Source of the DNA: Vicugna vicugna | Lineage: Eukaryota | Length of the DNA stretch: 64,000 bases | Assembly (NCBI GenBank): GCA_013265495.1 | Contig: MU058844.1 | Span: 2,211,520-2,275,519 of the forward strand | Reading direction: 5' to 3' | Part shown: positions 51,723-63,994 of the stretch, piece by piece | How the letters are laid out: every line of letters begins with the position of its first letter | Position numbering within the stretch: position 1 is the stretch's first letter | The notes under the pieces: model-generated | The model's database searches: none | The model's input: only the letters and a program-made list of their open reading frames with translations | What the model was told of the DNA's origin: nothing | Program-made: the position numbers and the translations under genes

Positions 51723-51874
51723 AGAAATTCAATGGTGGATGTGCCAATAGAAGTATACGAAGTTCTGAGGGCCACCAAACATGTTTGTCTAAGTTGCATT
51801 TATCATGAGATGTTTCCTCGAGGAAGTAAGACTTGAACTAGATATGAGAGACAGATAAGTAGTTGCAAGAAACT

Positions 51875-52020
51875 TGGGGAGGTGTTGGCTATCTCTATCA
51901 TTCTGAATGTGGTGATGGTATCACAGATGTTTGCATATGTCCAAACTTACCAAATTGTACACATTAAATATATGAGGTTCTTTGTGTATCAATTATACTT
52001 TCAATAAAGCTGTTAAAAAT
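51875..52020 (+). mobile_element. L1MA/MB-like 3' end fragment
   Basis: GTGGTGATGGTATCACAG..GTTTGCATATGTCCAAACTTACCAAATTGTACACATTAAATAT...TCAATTATAC.TCAATAAAGCTGTTAAAA. Confidence 0.85.
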
Positions 52021-52229
52021 CAAATAAGGGAAAAGAGATGAGGAGTGGAGGGAGTTCCAGGCAGAACGACCAGTGCATGCAAATGTCCTTGTAGAAGAAG
52101 GAGCACAGAGAGTATAAGGAACTGAAGACAGCCAGTGCTCAAAGGGCACAACTGGCAGGAGAGGGAGGAAGGGGACATTGGGAGGGCAAACCATGCAGGA
52201 CTCTGTGAGTCAAAGAGTTTTACATTCAT

Positions 52230-52470
52230 GTTAATAATAACAGCAAACATTTCCATAGCACTTACTATGTATCTGACATTATTCTAGGAGTTTCACATGT
52301 ATTAACGTCCTCCTTCTAACACTATTTATTTATAATACTATTTATATCAGGATTTTACAAATAGATGTTCAGGGAGGTAAAATAACCTGCCCAAGGTCTC
52401 ACAGCTAGGCTAGATTCAAACTCATCTAGGCTGGACCCTTCCTCTTAATCAATATGTGACAGTGCTTCTG
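52230..52470 (-). mobile_element. MIR SINE inserted in an L2 fragment
   Basis: AATAATAACAGCAAACATTT..TAGCACTTACTATGT...ATTTTACAAAT...AACCTGCCCAAGGTCTCACAGCTAG. Confidence 0.8.
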
Positions 52471-55400
52471 CTAGGCCATCGCTCCTGTGGTTACCAAGAG
52501 CAACAAAAAGCCACTGAGGGATTTTAAGCAGGAGTGGACAGGGCCAATTTTGCAATTTTAAGAGTTTATTCTCACTGCAGGGTGAATATATAGTAGAAGA
52601 GATCCCAGCTTCCTGTAAGTAGACTATTTCTTCATTCTAGGCAAGAGAACATAGTAACTTAGATTATGGTGATGGTAGTAGACAGGGAGGAAAAATCATG
52701 GTATTGATAGATGTTTAGAGAATATTAGTGACAGGTAAAATGGACAGTTGATCATAACTTAAAAGTAATACTTGGCTCAGATATTCAGTCTGGTTGATGA
52801 GATAAAGACTGGCGAACTTTATGTAATTTATAAGTTCACTCATTCAGTTAGTGATCCTTTCATTCATTCATAATGGTAGGCATCAAATCTGAGTAACCTG
52901 AAATCTTTCACAGCATTCTTTCCATCACATATATATTACATTTTCACTGAGTTCCTCATTGGAAACTTAGTGCAGATTAAGTGCAGAGATCAAAAATTAT
53001 TAAAACATCAAAACCCAAAATACATTAAGTTTCATTAATTTAAACACAATGCTTAACGGCAAATGGTTTGTGACCATCCTGAACAGATAATATCAGCATG
53101 TTCAACAAGAAGTCTCTGCCGAAGGGTTTCAGTGGCAAATGAGACAACCAGGAAGAAGTGTGACTGCTGTTTCTGAACACACTAATTTTTCATACCTTCA
53201 CTCTGAAATTAAGACAAATAAATTAAGCAGGATTAATGACAGTAATATGGTTGTACAGATCACTTAGATGTGCTTTTTGTTAAGGGACAAATGGATTTGA
53301 TTAAAATTATCTTTAACCAAACGTTATTGTCACTTAAAATGGTGCTGAGTACTTTTATAGAAAGACTCTTCTATGGACAACTCTGTTGATTATCGGAGAA
53401 TGAGTCTCAAATCTTTTGCAGTATTGTTAGTAACAAAGTAAATATTACCGATGAAAGTCTGAGTACACAGAATCTAGTACCAGAAATGCAACTGAACCAC
53501 TTTCTATAAGAGCTCTTATTTCTCCAGCAAGCAGAAATTTTGTCTAGGACATCTCAGGGTCATTTCAGCCCCCCTTTTCCTGAGACTGCGTGGAGGTGTT
53601 GAGTTGTTTACATGGAATGAAGGCCATGCCAGGTGTGAAGGCTGAGGCAAGGCTGAGGACTCCTCTTGGCACTATTATCTCTCCAGCCTGACATCTGCTG
53701 AGACCTGACTCTACCCAGATCACTCTGTAGGCTATGAACTTGCATCTCTGGTAGAGATGTACCTCCTTCATGGACATGCAAGGTGCTCTAAACACAATCT
53801 ACCATGGCACCAGTTATCTACAGTTCCAAGGCCAGTAAGCAAGATACTACACATAGACAACCAACCAACTCCAAGATGTACCCTGCTGGTACTAGGTCAA
53901 CAAGCTAAAGCAAATGCAGCAGTGACAAAACTCAAGGTCATATGTGGGACTGACCCTGCATTGTGTTTTTAAACTTTATGGAAATATAATGAACTGATTA
54001 AAAATTCAGTTGAGCAGGGAGCAAGTCAGAGTAAAATAAGGAGGTAAAAAGAAAAAGAATGGAGAAAAACTCCAAAAGAGTGAATATTTATATCAGAGGC
54101 TCAGTTATATTTGCATTTAAGTGTTACCAATTGTAGCCTAAGGAAGCGGGGGTAGGGGGATGGGTGCAGGGGGTGGGCACGCATGGCAGGGATGTTTTCT
54201 GGCCACTTGTGTTCACTCCCAAATTTAGGTTTCTGCAGCCTAAGCGTAAAAGTCTGCCGCATGGAGAGCCAGGTGGTCACGTTTCCCTGGCCTCGTTTCT
54301 CTGCACGCATTGCCTCACAACTTCATGTCACAGTATGAACATTGCTAAAGAGGGAAAGAAGACAGAAGCCTAAATCACTTTTATCTGATGGTGAGAATAA
54401 AGGTGTCTGCAATGCCAAAGGCTCTCCAGGCACAGGACTTGGAGGTTACAGTTCTGCAATTCTGCTGAACTGAAAAGGCATTCCTTTTCCTTGGTCTTAA
54501 AAGTTGTTCAACATTCACATTTTATTAGCAAGTAAGCATGGACAAAACAGTTTTTGATAAATACAAAAGCTGTTTTGCCTCATTGTACTGACAACAAGTG
54601 AGATCTTACAGCTTCACATCAAATCAGTGGAAAAACAATTATCTGTAAGAAGTATGTGCAAACGTTTTTCCTACAAAGCTACAGATTCAAGGCAATGTGT
54701 CTGGAATGTGTTTCTCCCTTTAGGATGCCTCCATTTCATGAAACATCTGTCTCAATTTCCGCTCTTCCTGGAGCCTCCTTTTGGTCTCTGCAAATCCATT
54801 CCTTATGAATCTGCCTCCTTCTGACCCTGCAGATGGAAACCTTATGTCTTTCTGTTTAAGGAAGTGTGCCCAATCTTCTGAAGCAGAGATTTCTGGACAA
54901 GTTTTAGAATACCTTCATGGATGGCTTTCTAGTGCACCAAATACATATAATTTGCTTTTGGTTTGCTTTCATGCTTTAAATGCATTAAAGTAGGCACTAA
55001 TATATTCTTTGGTATTTCTTAGCAAAATCTCTAAAATTAAGCTTAGAGCTGCAAATTAGATGCATTTTGGACAGCAAATTTTAAAACTGCATTCAAGAAG
55101 TGCTTGTTGATCACCTATTACGCTACAGCCTTGAGGTACAAAGATAAAAGGCATCACTCAAGGTGTACATCAAGTAGGCTCGTATTGGCAGAAAACTGAT
55201 GGAACCAATACCATACAACGTAGGAAGGGCTGAAATGGAGAAACTAGAAAACGGAAGGAGACACAAGTCAGCAAAGTGAACTGACAAAAGAAAGTTCAGC
55301 GTTCCTTTTTAAAAGGATAACTTTCATTTGTGAAGCCATGTATTCAAATGTTATCAATGTGACATTAAGTTGTAAGTCTTCAAATCTTACGGTTATCTTA

Positions 55401-56646
55401 AGACATCTATCTAAAATATTCAGAAAATATCTGACTTAATTATGCATTTAGTTTTTACATGAAAGTAATAGCTTACATATCATTTTGACATTAAATAAGT
55501 TAGAGTTATTTGTGTGTTTTTTTTGCTTGTTTAATGAAAGCAAGTCAAGAACGTAGAAAGAATCCAGAAGCTCTATCAAGGGGATAATGGGAGAACTGGG
55601 GAATTCTGAGATGCCATGAGGAAATTAGGCCCCAGAGGGTGGTTCCTGCATGCTGACAACCAATTGTCTTAAGCAGATTTCCTGCCCAAGGTTACAAAAG
55701 GTTGTCAGGGAAGCAGGTGTAGGGAGGTAGGTGTTTATTAAATGATACAAAGGAATAGATTTTGAGACGAGGGAAGGAAGTTCAGAGTGTGTGGTTTTTC
55801 TAAATGCAGAGCTCTCAGAAGCAACAGCTCATTGCTTAAAATATGCAAGTAAGAAGAGAAAAGCAAGTGTAATCTAAAACAAAAGCCCTGAAAAAAATCT
55901 GTATTTTTTTCAATTCTATAAAAGTGTTTCCTATTGTCAAAGCTCTCAAAAATGTCAATTTTAACATACCCAAATCTTGCTGGTAATACTTGCTATTCAG
56001 ATAACAGTGAAAATACATGAGAAATGGTGTATCATAATCAAATTGTGTAGTTTTCACGGTTCCATGTATTTTATTTTAGTGTAAAGGATATTTTTTCACT
56101 AAAAAGACAGCTGGAGACCTGTAAGTCTTTGTAAAGGGACAGAGTATTTAAATCTAGAAAGCCAAGCATTAAAAGGACTGGAAAATATGCATCAATTCCA
56201 TATTGGTTATTGTCTTCAAGGAGAGTTGAATTTTGGCTGCAGGGTGAAGGGGGTTTTTGGGTTTCACTCTGCACACTTCTGGATTAATTTGAATCTTTGA
56301 CAATAATAATGCCTTCTTGCAATGCTGTGTATTTAGAATACAATAAATGAGATTTTTTTAAACCTATGACATAAACACATAAAAGTGTTTAAAAGAGCAA
56401 GAAGACCAAAGGGGGGAAAAAAGGCACTGGAAACTATTACTAAGATTTGAGAAACAAAGTTAATTAAAAACAACAACACTAACTAGAACCATATGTGGCC
56501 TCCCAGGCAAGCCGCGTCATACTGTGTTTAACTTGGAACACGAGCGGCCTCTTGTGGCAAAGATAGATATAATTTAAATCTGTGTCCCTGATACAGAGGG
56601 CGATGGAAAAGGCTGCCTGCCTGAGGAAATTCTGCTTCTTTTTCAG

Positions 56647-56815
56647 ATTGAAATAGCGACAGTGATGCCTTTGGAGAACAGAGAGCTCCTCACCCCGCCC
56701 CCACAGCCAGAGGAGGCTGAAGAGGAGGAGGAGGAGTCCACCCCTAGGCTGATCGATGGCTCTTCCCCTCAGGAGCCGGAATTCACAGGGGTTCTGGGCC
56801 CACACACCAATGAAG
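56647..56815 (+). CDS. EPYC: Epiphycan exon 3 (GAG/O-glycan region, poly-Glu)
   Basis: Acceptor TTCTTTTTCAG|ATT. Encodes IEIATVMPLENRELLTPPPQPEEAEEEEEESTPRLIDGSSPQEPEFTGVLGPHTNE. Donor GAAG|GTCAGG; 169 nt, ends phase 1. Confidence 0.97.
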
Positions 56816-57156
56816 GTCAGGTCCATCAAAGCAGAATTGTAATGACTCCCGTTTGTTCATCCCTCAAAACTGCCAAGCTCCAACTCTGCAGGGAAAGCCA
56901 TGTGACCCACAGAGAAAGCTTTGCAATAGGCTAGGTTTGAAGCAGAAGATTCTGTATTAAACTAATCAGGCTGTTTAAATAATTCAGTGTTGGCATGATG
57001 GAAATTTTCAAGTAACAAAAGATTCTGGATGAAAATATTTGTCTGGCATGATTACCCAAAAGCTCTGTGGTGGAATGCATTTCTAGAACAAAGGATATAC
57101 TATTAGCAAGGTCAGTGTCTGAGAGATCAGGCTATGGCAGTTCGAAGTGATAAAGT

Positions 57157-57158
57157 GA

Positions 57159-57191
<33 letters not shown>

Positions 57192-57420
57192 GTAGTAATG
57201 GTAATTGTGTTGACTAAGCATGTACGTTCTGTGGGCCATTAACACTCAGCACTTCACATCATCTCATCTGATGATCACAACCTCTCTGTGAAGGTATTAG
57301 TACTAATTTTTTAAATGATTACCAAAGAAACTGGCTTAGGAAGCGTAGGAACTGCCAGGGATCATGAAGCTCTTCGTTTCACATAGTGGGTTTGAAGCAA
57401 GCCTGTCAAATTCTTGTCTG
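57157..57420 (-). mobile_element. (GAT)n microsatellite followed by a MIR
   Basis: GATGATGAT... at ~57157-57190, then TCATCTGATGATCACAACCTCTCTGTGAAG...GGGTTTGAAGC. Confidence 0.65.
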
Positions 57421-59639
57421 TGTGCTTACTGGAAAGCAGGCCTCTTTTCATTCAGTCTTAGGAAGCAACAGAGAGAGGAAAAGAGAAGAAAGTGTTCCAT
57501 AACTTTGGACTTCATTTTGTGGGACCTGAAGGTGATCTAAACCAGAGTCTTTTAGTTCATGAGAAGGAATTCCTGGTGCTAAACATGATTCTATGATTTG
57601 CCTGTATTTCTTGTTAGAACTTGTCCATGTCAACCTTGGGGGTATTCACGTGGACTCACACCAGAATACTTATACACACACACAGAATGGCATGATGCGG
57701 GGGTTACAGGAAAAATGAACAGAGTTCCCAACACAAACGTTTAGTTAGTATCCATTGTCTCTGTACTGTAAGTTCTGGAGAGATATACTTGTCTTAAAAG
57801 GACTGCTGTTTTCACAGACATGTTCGTCTAGGACAGGGAGACAAACACAGAAACCACCTTAGAGGCAAGAATGTGTTACAGGTAATGGAAGAAAAGTCTC
57901 TACAGAACATACGGGGAGAACACAGGAGAGGAAAGAGCATTCAAAGCCCAGCTTTGAGACTGCTGGATAGACAGTCTTGAGCAAGGCAGGCAATATTTTC
58001 TTGCCTTTGTTTCTCATCTAAAAATGAGATAATAAATGATAGATCTTACCTCATAGAGTTGTTGTAAGGTTTAAATGAATGAATTTAGTGCCTGGCCCAC
58101 AGTGAACATAAATGTTATTCTTATTATTCTATTGTTGATAGAAGAGTGTATTTTTTTAAACTCAACAAAATTTTCAGTGTACAGTCCAGTACTGTTAACT
58201 AAGGCACTGTGTTGTAAGCAGATCTCTGGAACTTAATTCATTTCACAGAACTGAAACTTTATACCCGTTGAACAACTGTCTATTTCTACCTCCCCCTTCT
58301 TTGGTTACCACCAATCTACTCGCTTGGAGTTTTTAACTGTTCACCAATAAACAGTGTAAAAAGTTGTCTTTTGTGAAACACTGCCTATACGCCAGGCCAC
58401 TAAAATGTTTTATGTACTGTAACTCTTCGAAGAGACACCACAATACTAAGTACACACTAGTTATTATTATCTTCACTTCATAAGTAGGAAAACTAAACTT
58501 CCAACATACCATACAAGTTGCCTGAGATCATGGAGGTGGTACGAAGTGGTGCTGGAATGAAAACAGAGGCCACTAAATCCTGTCCTTAATGAACACATCG
58601 TATTCTTTCCACACAGTCAACTTCCTTTGGGTAGTAGGATGCTCTACAGACCGAACCAGGGGGATACACACACAATGAGAAAGTCCTCAAAACAACATCT
58701 CTAGAATAGCACTTAAAGTAATTTCAGATCCTTCAGAAGTGACATCGTTACCTGTACTTGGGGTCTTTCAGCTGAGCCAGGAACAATAGAAAAGCAGAAT
58801 GCCCAATCTGTTTAAAAGCTTTAGCTAAAATTATGGCTTAATAATGTCAGTTTTGAAACCATATTAAAAAAAAACTGTGACTTTAAAAAAGTTTTAGTCT
58901 GAGAATGAGTAATGAAGTTAAAATTTTAATTGACATTTTAATTTCCAGAGAAGTACTGCCAGAAATTCTAAAAATTAAAATTAAAGTTAAATCTGATAAA
59001 TTCATTAAAGTCAAATAGTTTGGAAATATTGAGAACATTAAAATTCAAAGTATTAACTTTTACTATGAATATCAATTTCTAAAAATAATACTCCAAAGCC
59101 ATATAAAGTAGGCTTGACTTTTGAATGGAAAAACTAGAATTAAATTATAACTAGGGTGAATATATATAATTACCCTAAGCAACTATTGCTAAATTACCAC
59201 AACCATGAATATACAGAAAATCAAATGTCTTTATAAAAATTTTATGATAAGTGGCAGATACTGATGTATAACATTGGAGAAATTAGCAAGGATTAAATAC
59301 TTTACAGTTCCCTCTTAAATTTTTATCCCCTAGATTTCCACTCCTGAAGTAGTTTTCATTCCAGAAGTTGCTTTGGTAAATGACTTTTCTATTTAATGAT
59401 AGCAGTAAGACCTTAGTAGATGCCTTACTAGATCTTGATCACAGACCAGAAATGGATTCTTCAACAAAGGCAACCAAATGTCCCAGTTTGCCTGGAAGTG
59501 AGGAGATCCAGAGAGGACACTTTCAGTGCTAAAACCAGGAAAGTCTAAGCTAAAAGGGGATGAACTGATCACTGAGCAATCCCAAGAAAGTTCTTCCATC
59601 ACGTTCTTCTGTCTCTCATGGCTATTTCACTTTCTCCAT

Positions 59640-61075
59640 CCATCTCGTATCTCAGAACCCTTCTTTCCTCCTCCCTTTACTCCTCAAGCTGATCAGAGAG
59701 CTTAGAAATCACAAAGACGATGAGATTTTCCAGTCAGCAGCTCTTTGTCTTTCTGTCTTCAGATGTATAATTTACCTGCACCTACATCCGTGCGCCTAAA
59801 CCCCCTCCTCCTATTACTACAGAGGAACAGTCTGTCCTCCCGTATGTGGGATCCTTCTGTGTTTTGAGTCCCATTTCCTGCTGCCCTCTCGGGATCCTTT
59901 TTATAGTCAGCCTCTCCTCCATTGGATCCTTTGCTTCAAATCTCTCTCACTTTAGTCCATTTTCCTCATCACACACATCACAAACTTATGTTCTTATAGT
60001 TATCATTCTCTCTCTCGCCTCTTTCTTGAAGTCAGATATCTCAACAGCATTGTCCCTATGTGCTGGAACTATTTCCTCAGCTCCAGGTTTCTCCTTCAGT
60101 GACCGTATACTGGCTTCCAACCTCAGCCCTCCACCGCTCTTACTGATGCCTCCCATAATCACCACAGTAACCAAACCAAGAGAGATGTTTCAGCCCTTAA
60201 CTTACCTGACATCTCAGCAGCCTTAAACTGTTTTCTATTCCTGTTCCTTCTGGTATCTCTCCACTTGGCCTCCATAATACTGCCCATCCTGTTGTCCTCC
60301 TTTCTTCCTGCCCACTGCTTCTCTGTCTCCCTTGGAAGCTTACTGTCTTCTACATGACCAATACGCAGAGAGTGAAGGAGGGGTAGGTGTGCGCGTGCAG
60401 ACACGCATGCCAGTGTATCATAGAGAAAACTAGATTAATATGCTGCGATAGACTCCAGCCTGACAAATATCTTTTGGATCTGTTGCCTCTTCTATTACCA
60501 TTAACCCAATCAAGTAACCATCATCTTTTATCTAGACCACTCATCTCCACTCTGCCCACTGGCCTCTGTCAGTCTTCCAGCTTACCTTCAAGCAGGGCGA
60601 TACCTTAACATGGAAATCTGATCATGTAATACCCCTGCTTACTCACAGGATAAGGAACAAAACCTAGAAGGCTCAAGCCCAGTACTCTCTGCGCTGTGGC
60701 TGCCTGGACTACCTTCAGTCCCTACAGAGTGAAGGGACTTGGCACATGCTGCTTCCTCTGCCTGCACACTCTCTCTCTCCCCTGCACTGTCAAGTCCTTC
60801 TCTGTTTGCAGGTTTCAACTCAGTTATCACCTCGTCAAGAGAACTCTGACTCTCAGACTGGATCAAATTCCCCTATTTTATGCTCATAGGCTACTTCATG
60901 ACATTTACCACAATTATCATTTTACCTGTTTGTGTGATTAACATTCATCTTACATGGCAGATCATAAAATAGAACTGCGTCTCTTTGTGCTCACCACTGT
61001 TTCACCAGCTAGCACAGTGCCATTTACATGGAAGAGATTCAATAAACACATACTGAGTGAACTAACATTAATGAT
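59640..61075 (+). mobile_element. L2 LINE 3' portion
   Basis: Pyrimidine-rich L2 body (AATCTGATCATGT.ATACCCCTGCTTA; GGCACATGCTGCTTCCTCTGCCTG) ending GCACAGTGCC...TCAATAAACACATACTGAGTGAA. Confidence 0.8.
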
Positions 61076-61498
61076 TACTACCCTATCTTCTTGTTGTGTT
61101 TCAGTGGGGTTTTAAATACTGGACCAAAGACCTGATAAAAATATTATATGTGATGTTTTATGATGATCAAAACCACAATCTTAATATTTAAATTTGAAAA
61201 TAGAATTTCTAATAAGTATAAAAGCAACATTCATGCAGTATTTACTCAGTAATGTAAAATAAAATTTTAAAACATTAAGAGAATATACTAATTATTGGGG
61301 CATCCTTAATTGGCATACTTGATATTTTAATATTTCATTTACTTTAATATTTCATTTATTTAAAACTATATGAGAAAACATGAAATATGCCAGGATAGTC
61401 TATATGAGAATCTAATCTTCAACAATCATTCTTAAACATATTATTTGTTAGAAATTGCTTTTGTCACTTACATATAACTATTTTGCTCTATCTTTTAG

Positions 61499-61657
61499 AC
61501 TTTCCAACCTGCCTTCTGTGTACTTGTATAAGTACCACCGTGTACTGTGATGACCATGAACTTGATGCTATTCCTCCGCTGCCCAAGAACACTGCTTATT
61601 TCTATTCCCGCTTTAACAGAATTAAAAAGATCAACAAAAATGATTTTGCAAGCCTAA
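61499..61657 (+). CDS. EPYC: Epiphycan exon 4 (N-terminal Cys cluster and first LRR)
   Basis: Acceptor TCTTTTAG|AC completes G|AC = Asp. Encodes DFPTCLLCTCISTTVYCDDHELDAIPPLPKNTAYFYSRFNRIKKINKNDFASL, with the class III SLRP CX2CXCX6C signature. Donor A|GTATGG; 159 nt. Confidence 0.98.
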
Positions 61658-62501
61658 GTATGGAAGACAGCACTAATACCCTTCTGTTTACAGATTTTCC
61701 TAAAATTTTTGCACTGTAAAATGCTGGTACTGTAATTTGAATATCAAAATATGACTTATAAATCTATTGCTTTTATTTATTATATATTTAAAGGTTTGTT
61801 TTAATTATAAGAAAAAAATGATGAATAATTAAAGGTTGCTCTGAAATGTATAGTTGTTGATATTCTCAAATCATTTTCAACCAAATAGAAATACTAAGTA
61901 CTTATGTTTTATAGGCCAAAACTCATTTTATAACATTAAGCACAGAATGTCATATTCATATATTTACTAGGACCTGGTTTGCTTGAATAGATTCCATTAA
62001 AGCACAATTGCTTTATGACTGATGAATGCAAGCGTACATTCTGACTTTATAATTGTTGCCAACTTTGAAGAATTTTGGTACTTGTCTTCATTGTGTTTCA
62101 ATCACTTGAAAATCTGTTTTTAATGCACTTGTATTTTAATGCTAATCTATTTATAACTACTAGAAAATACAACAATATGCCATCACTGAGAAAAATGTTT
62201 TAAATACTAAAATTCAAACTATGTTTATGAAGAATATAGGGAAAAGAGCAGTTATTTTAAATACAGTGTGCCAACTTCCTTGCTAAATTTACACTTTCTT
62301 ATAAGTGCACAAATATGAATAGTATTTTGAGAAAATAATCCAATTTTATAAAGTTGTTAGAAATAATTGTTTCATTAACTGTCCATTGTTAATTAAATTC
62401 ATACTTGTATTTGCTGGTATGTGGGAAAATTTATATTTATATTTTTATGTGAGCAAACATATTCAAGAATATTTAACTACTTCCCTCATTTTTTCTTCCA
62501 G

Positions 62502-62704
62502 ATGATCTAAGAAGGATTGATTTGACATCCAATGTGATATCTGAGATTGATGAAGATGCGTTCAGAAAGCTGCCTCAACTCCGGGAGCTTGTCCTCCGTG
62601 ACAACAAAATCAGGCAGCTCCCAGAACTGCCGACCACTTTGACATTTATTGATATTAGCAACAATAGACTTGGAAGGAAAGGAATAAAACAGGAAGCATT
62701 TAAA
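62502..62704 (+). CDS. EPYC: Epiphycan exon 5 (leucine-rich repeats)
   Basis: Acceptor TTTTCTTCCAG|AT completes A|AT = Asn. Encodes NDLRRIDLTSNVISEIDEDAFRKLPQLRELVLRDNKIRQLPELPTTLTFIDISNNRLGRKGIKQEAFK (LxxLxLxxN LRRs). Donor AAA|GTGAGC; 203 nt, phase 0. Confidence 0.98.
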
Positions 62705-63289
62705 GTGAGCCCTAAGTTTGAATATGAAAGACTTTCATCTTCATTCCCTTTGCTATCAATGACTAGCCATTTTATTTCCACAACAAGATTCAATTTGATG
62801 AGACTTTTAACTCTTAAATAAACTTTACAACACTATGTATCATGCTTTGGGAAATTACTGTGTTCTGGTACCTTCTGAGGCTGCTCAGGGACCAAGAACA
62901 GAAAGCAGAGCTGGAATAAGAAGTGGGTGTCCACCTGGGGCACCAGTCTATAAGCTGCACCTGGAAATGGTGTAAGCTCGATCACTCATATTTACCAAAA
63001 CTCCACTTAATGGGAGTATTTTATGTGGTTAGAAAGACAGCTGCTTGTAGAGTATGGGTGGTGCCTTGAGGATAGAAACCTTCTGAATTTGTAAGAAGGG
63101 CAGTAACAGTTAACCTTATGAATTTTGTTATCTAAGAGAAGGAAGCAAGTCTGGGGCTCGAGTGACTTGCTTGGAATAACAGCATAGAGTCTGAGAACAG
63201 TAACCAGTTCAGCTTTCTTATTCACTCTTACTCCATTCAAGCTGCTCCTCCAAATATATGTTTAACAGCCAAATTTAGCATACTGTTTG

Positions 63290-63615
63290 AGGGACATCCT
63301 GTTACTCCCATGGAGGCGATAGGGGTGGTGTGGACCTGTTAGCACCGGGCAATGGTGGAAAGCTTGTCTCTCCACTAGCCCTCCTGTGACTGCCCCCTGG
63401 TGGGCAAGGAAGTTAGCGCCCCTCATTAGAGCCTGACAAAAGTCCTAATCTAGTCTCCCCGCTCAGATTTTGTTGGCGTGGGTGGTAGTGAGTCAGTTTG
63501 TCCTGTGGTGTTTGGCTAGAGTTGCCTGTTATTGTCTAAATTTATTCTGTCTTGCTAGGCTGCCCTTTCCCTAGGACTTGGGCTAGAGAGAGCAAGGTTT
63601 TGTTGGGGAGGAATT
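63290..63615 (-). mobile_element. Ancient L1M 5' region fragment
   Basis: GTGTTTGGCTAGAGT..GTTATTGTCTAAA...CTGTCTTGCTAGGCTGCCCTTTCC...GGCTAGAGAGAGCA resembles the recalled L1MC/MD 5' consensus. Confidence 0.6.
63388..63406 (-). promoter_or_regulatory. CTCF-binding motif candidate
   Basis: Minus strand reads TGCCCACCAGGGGGCAGTC, matching the CCASYAGRKGGCRSY core with no mismatch. Confidence 0.5.
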
Positions 63616-63994
63616 CTCATTTCTCCATTCCTATAACACGAGGGCAGTTCTTGCTGTGTCTCATCAAAATCTTCAAAATCTTATTTCAGAATGTCTTACG
63701 TGGGAAGTCACTACTTTGCTTAAATTGAGGAAGTTTGAGTGGGCAAAGCAAGGTTCTTCCTGGAGATTGAGAAACATATTTCATTTGCATCGAGAAATAT
63801 TTGCTTGCTATTAATTCCTTCAAAACTCATTTGAATTGTCTAGTAACACAGAAAACTAAATTTGCCTCAATTTTACAAAACAAGACCTGAACAGGCATGT
63901 TTTATTTTACAAATAGTTGCATGGACAGGGAATGAAAATTACAACTGTGGCACCATTAATTTCTTTTAAGTCCTTATATTTGGAATATTTACAG

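Noticed and set aside
53932..53956. TCAAGGTCA nuclear-receptor site with a downstream TGACCC
   Set aside because: A single 9-mer is expected by chance at this window size and the 10-bp inverted spacing is non-canonical.
56479..56829. 116-aa antisense ORF over exon 3
   Set aside because: Antisense shadow of the GC-rich EPYC coding exon.
59846..60226. 126-aa ORF, the longest in the track
   Set aside because: Ser/Leu/Pro-rich reading of a pyrimidine-rich L2 remnant with a GTG start and no domain.
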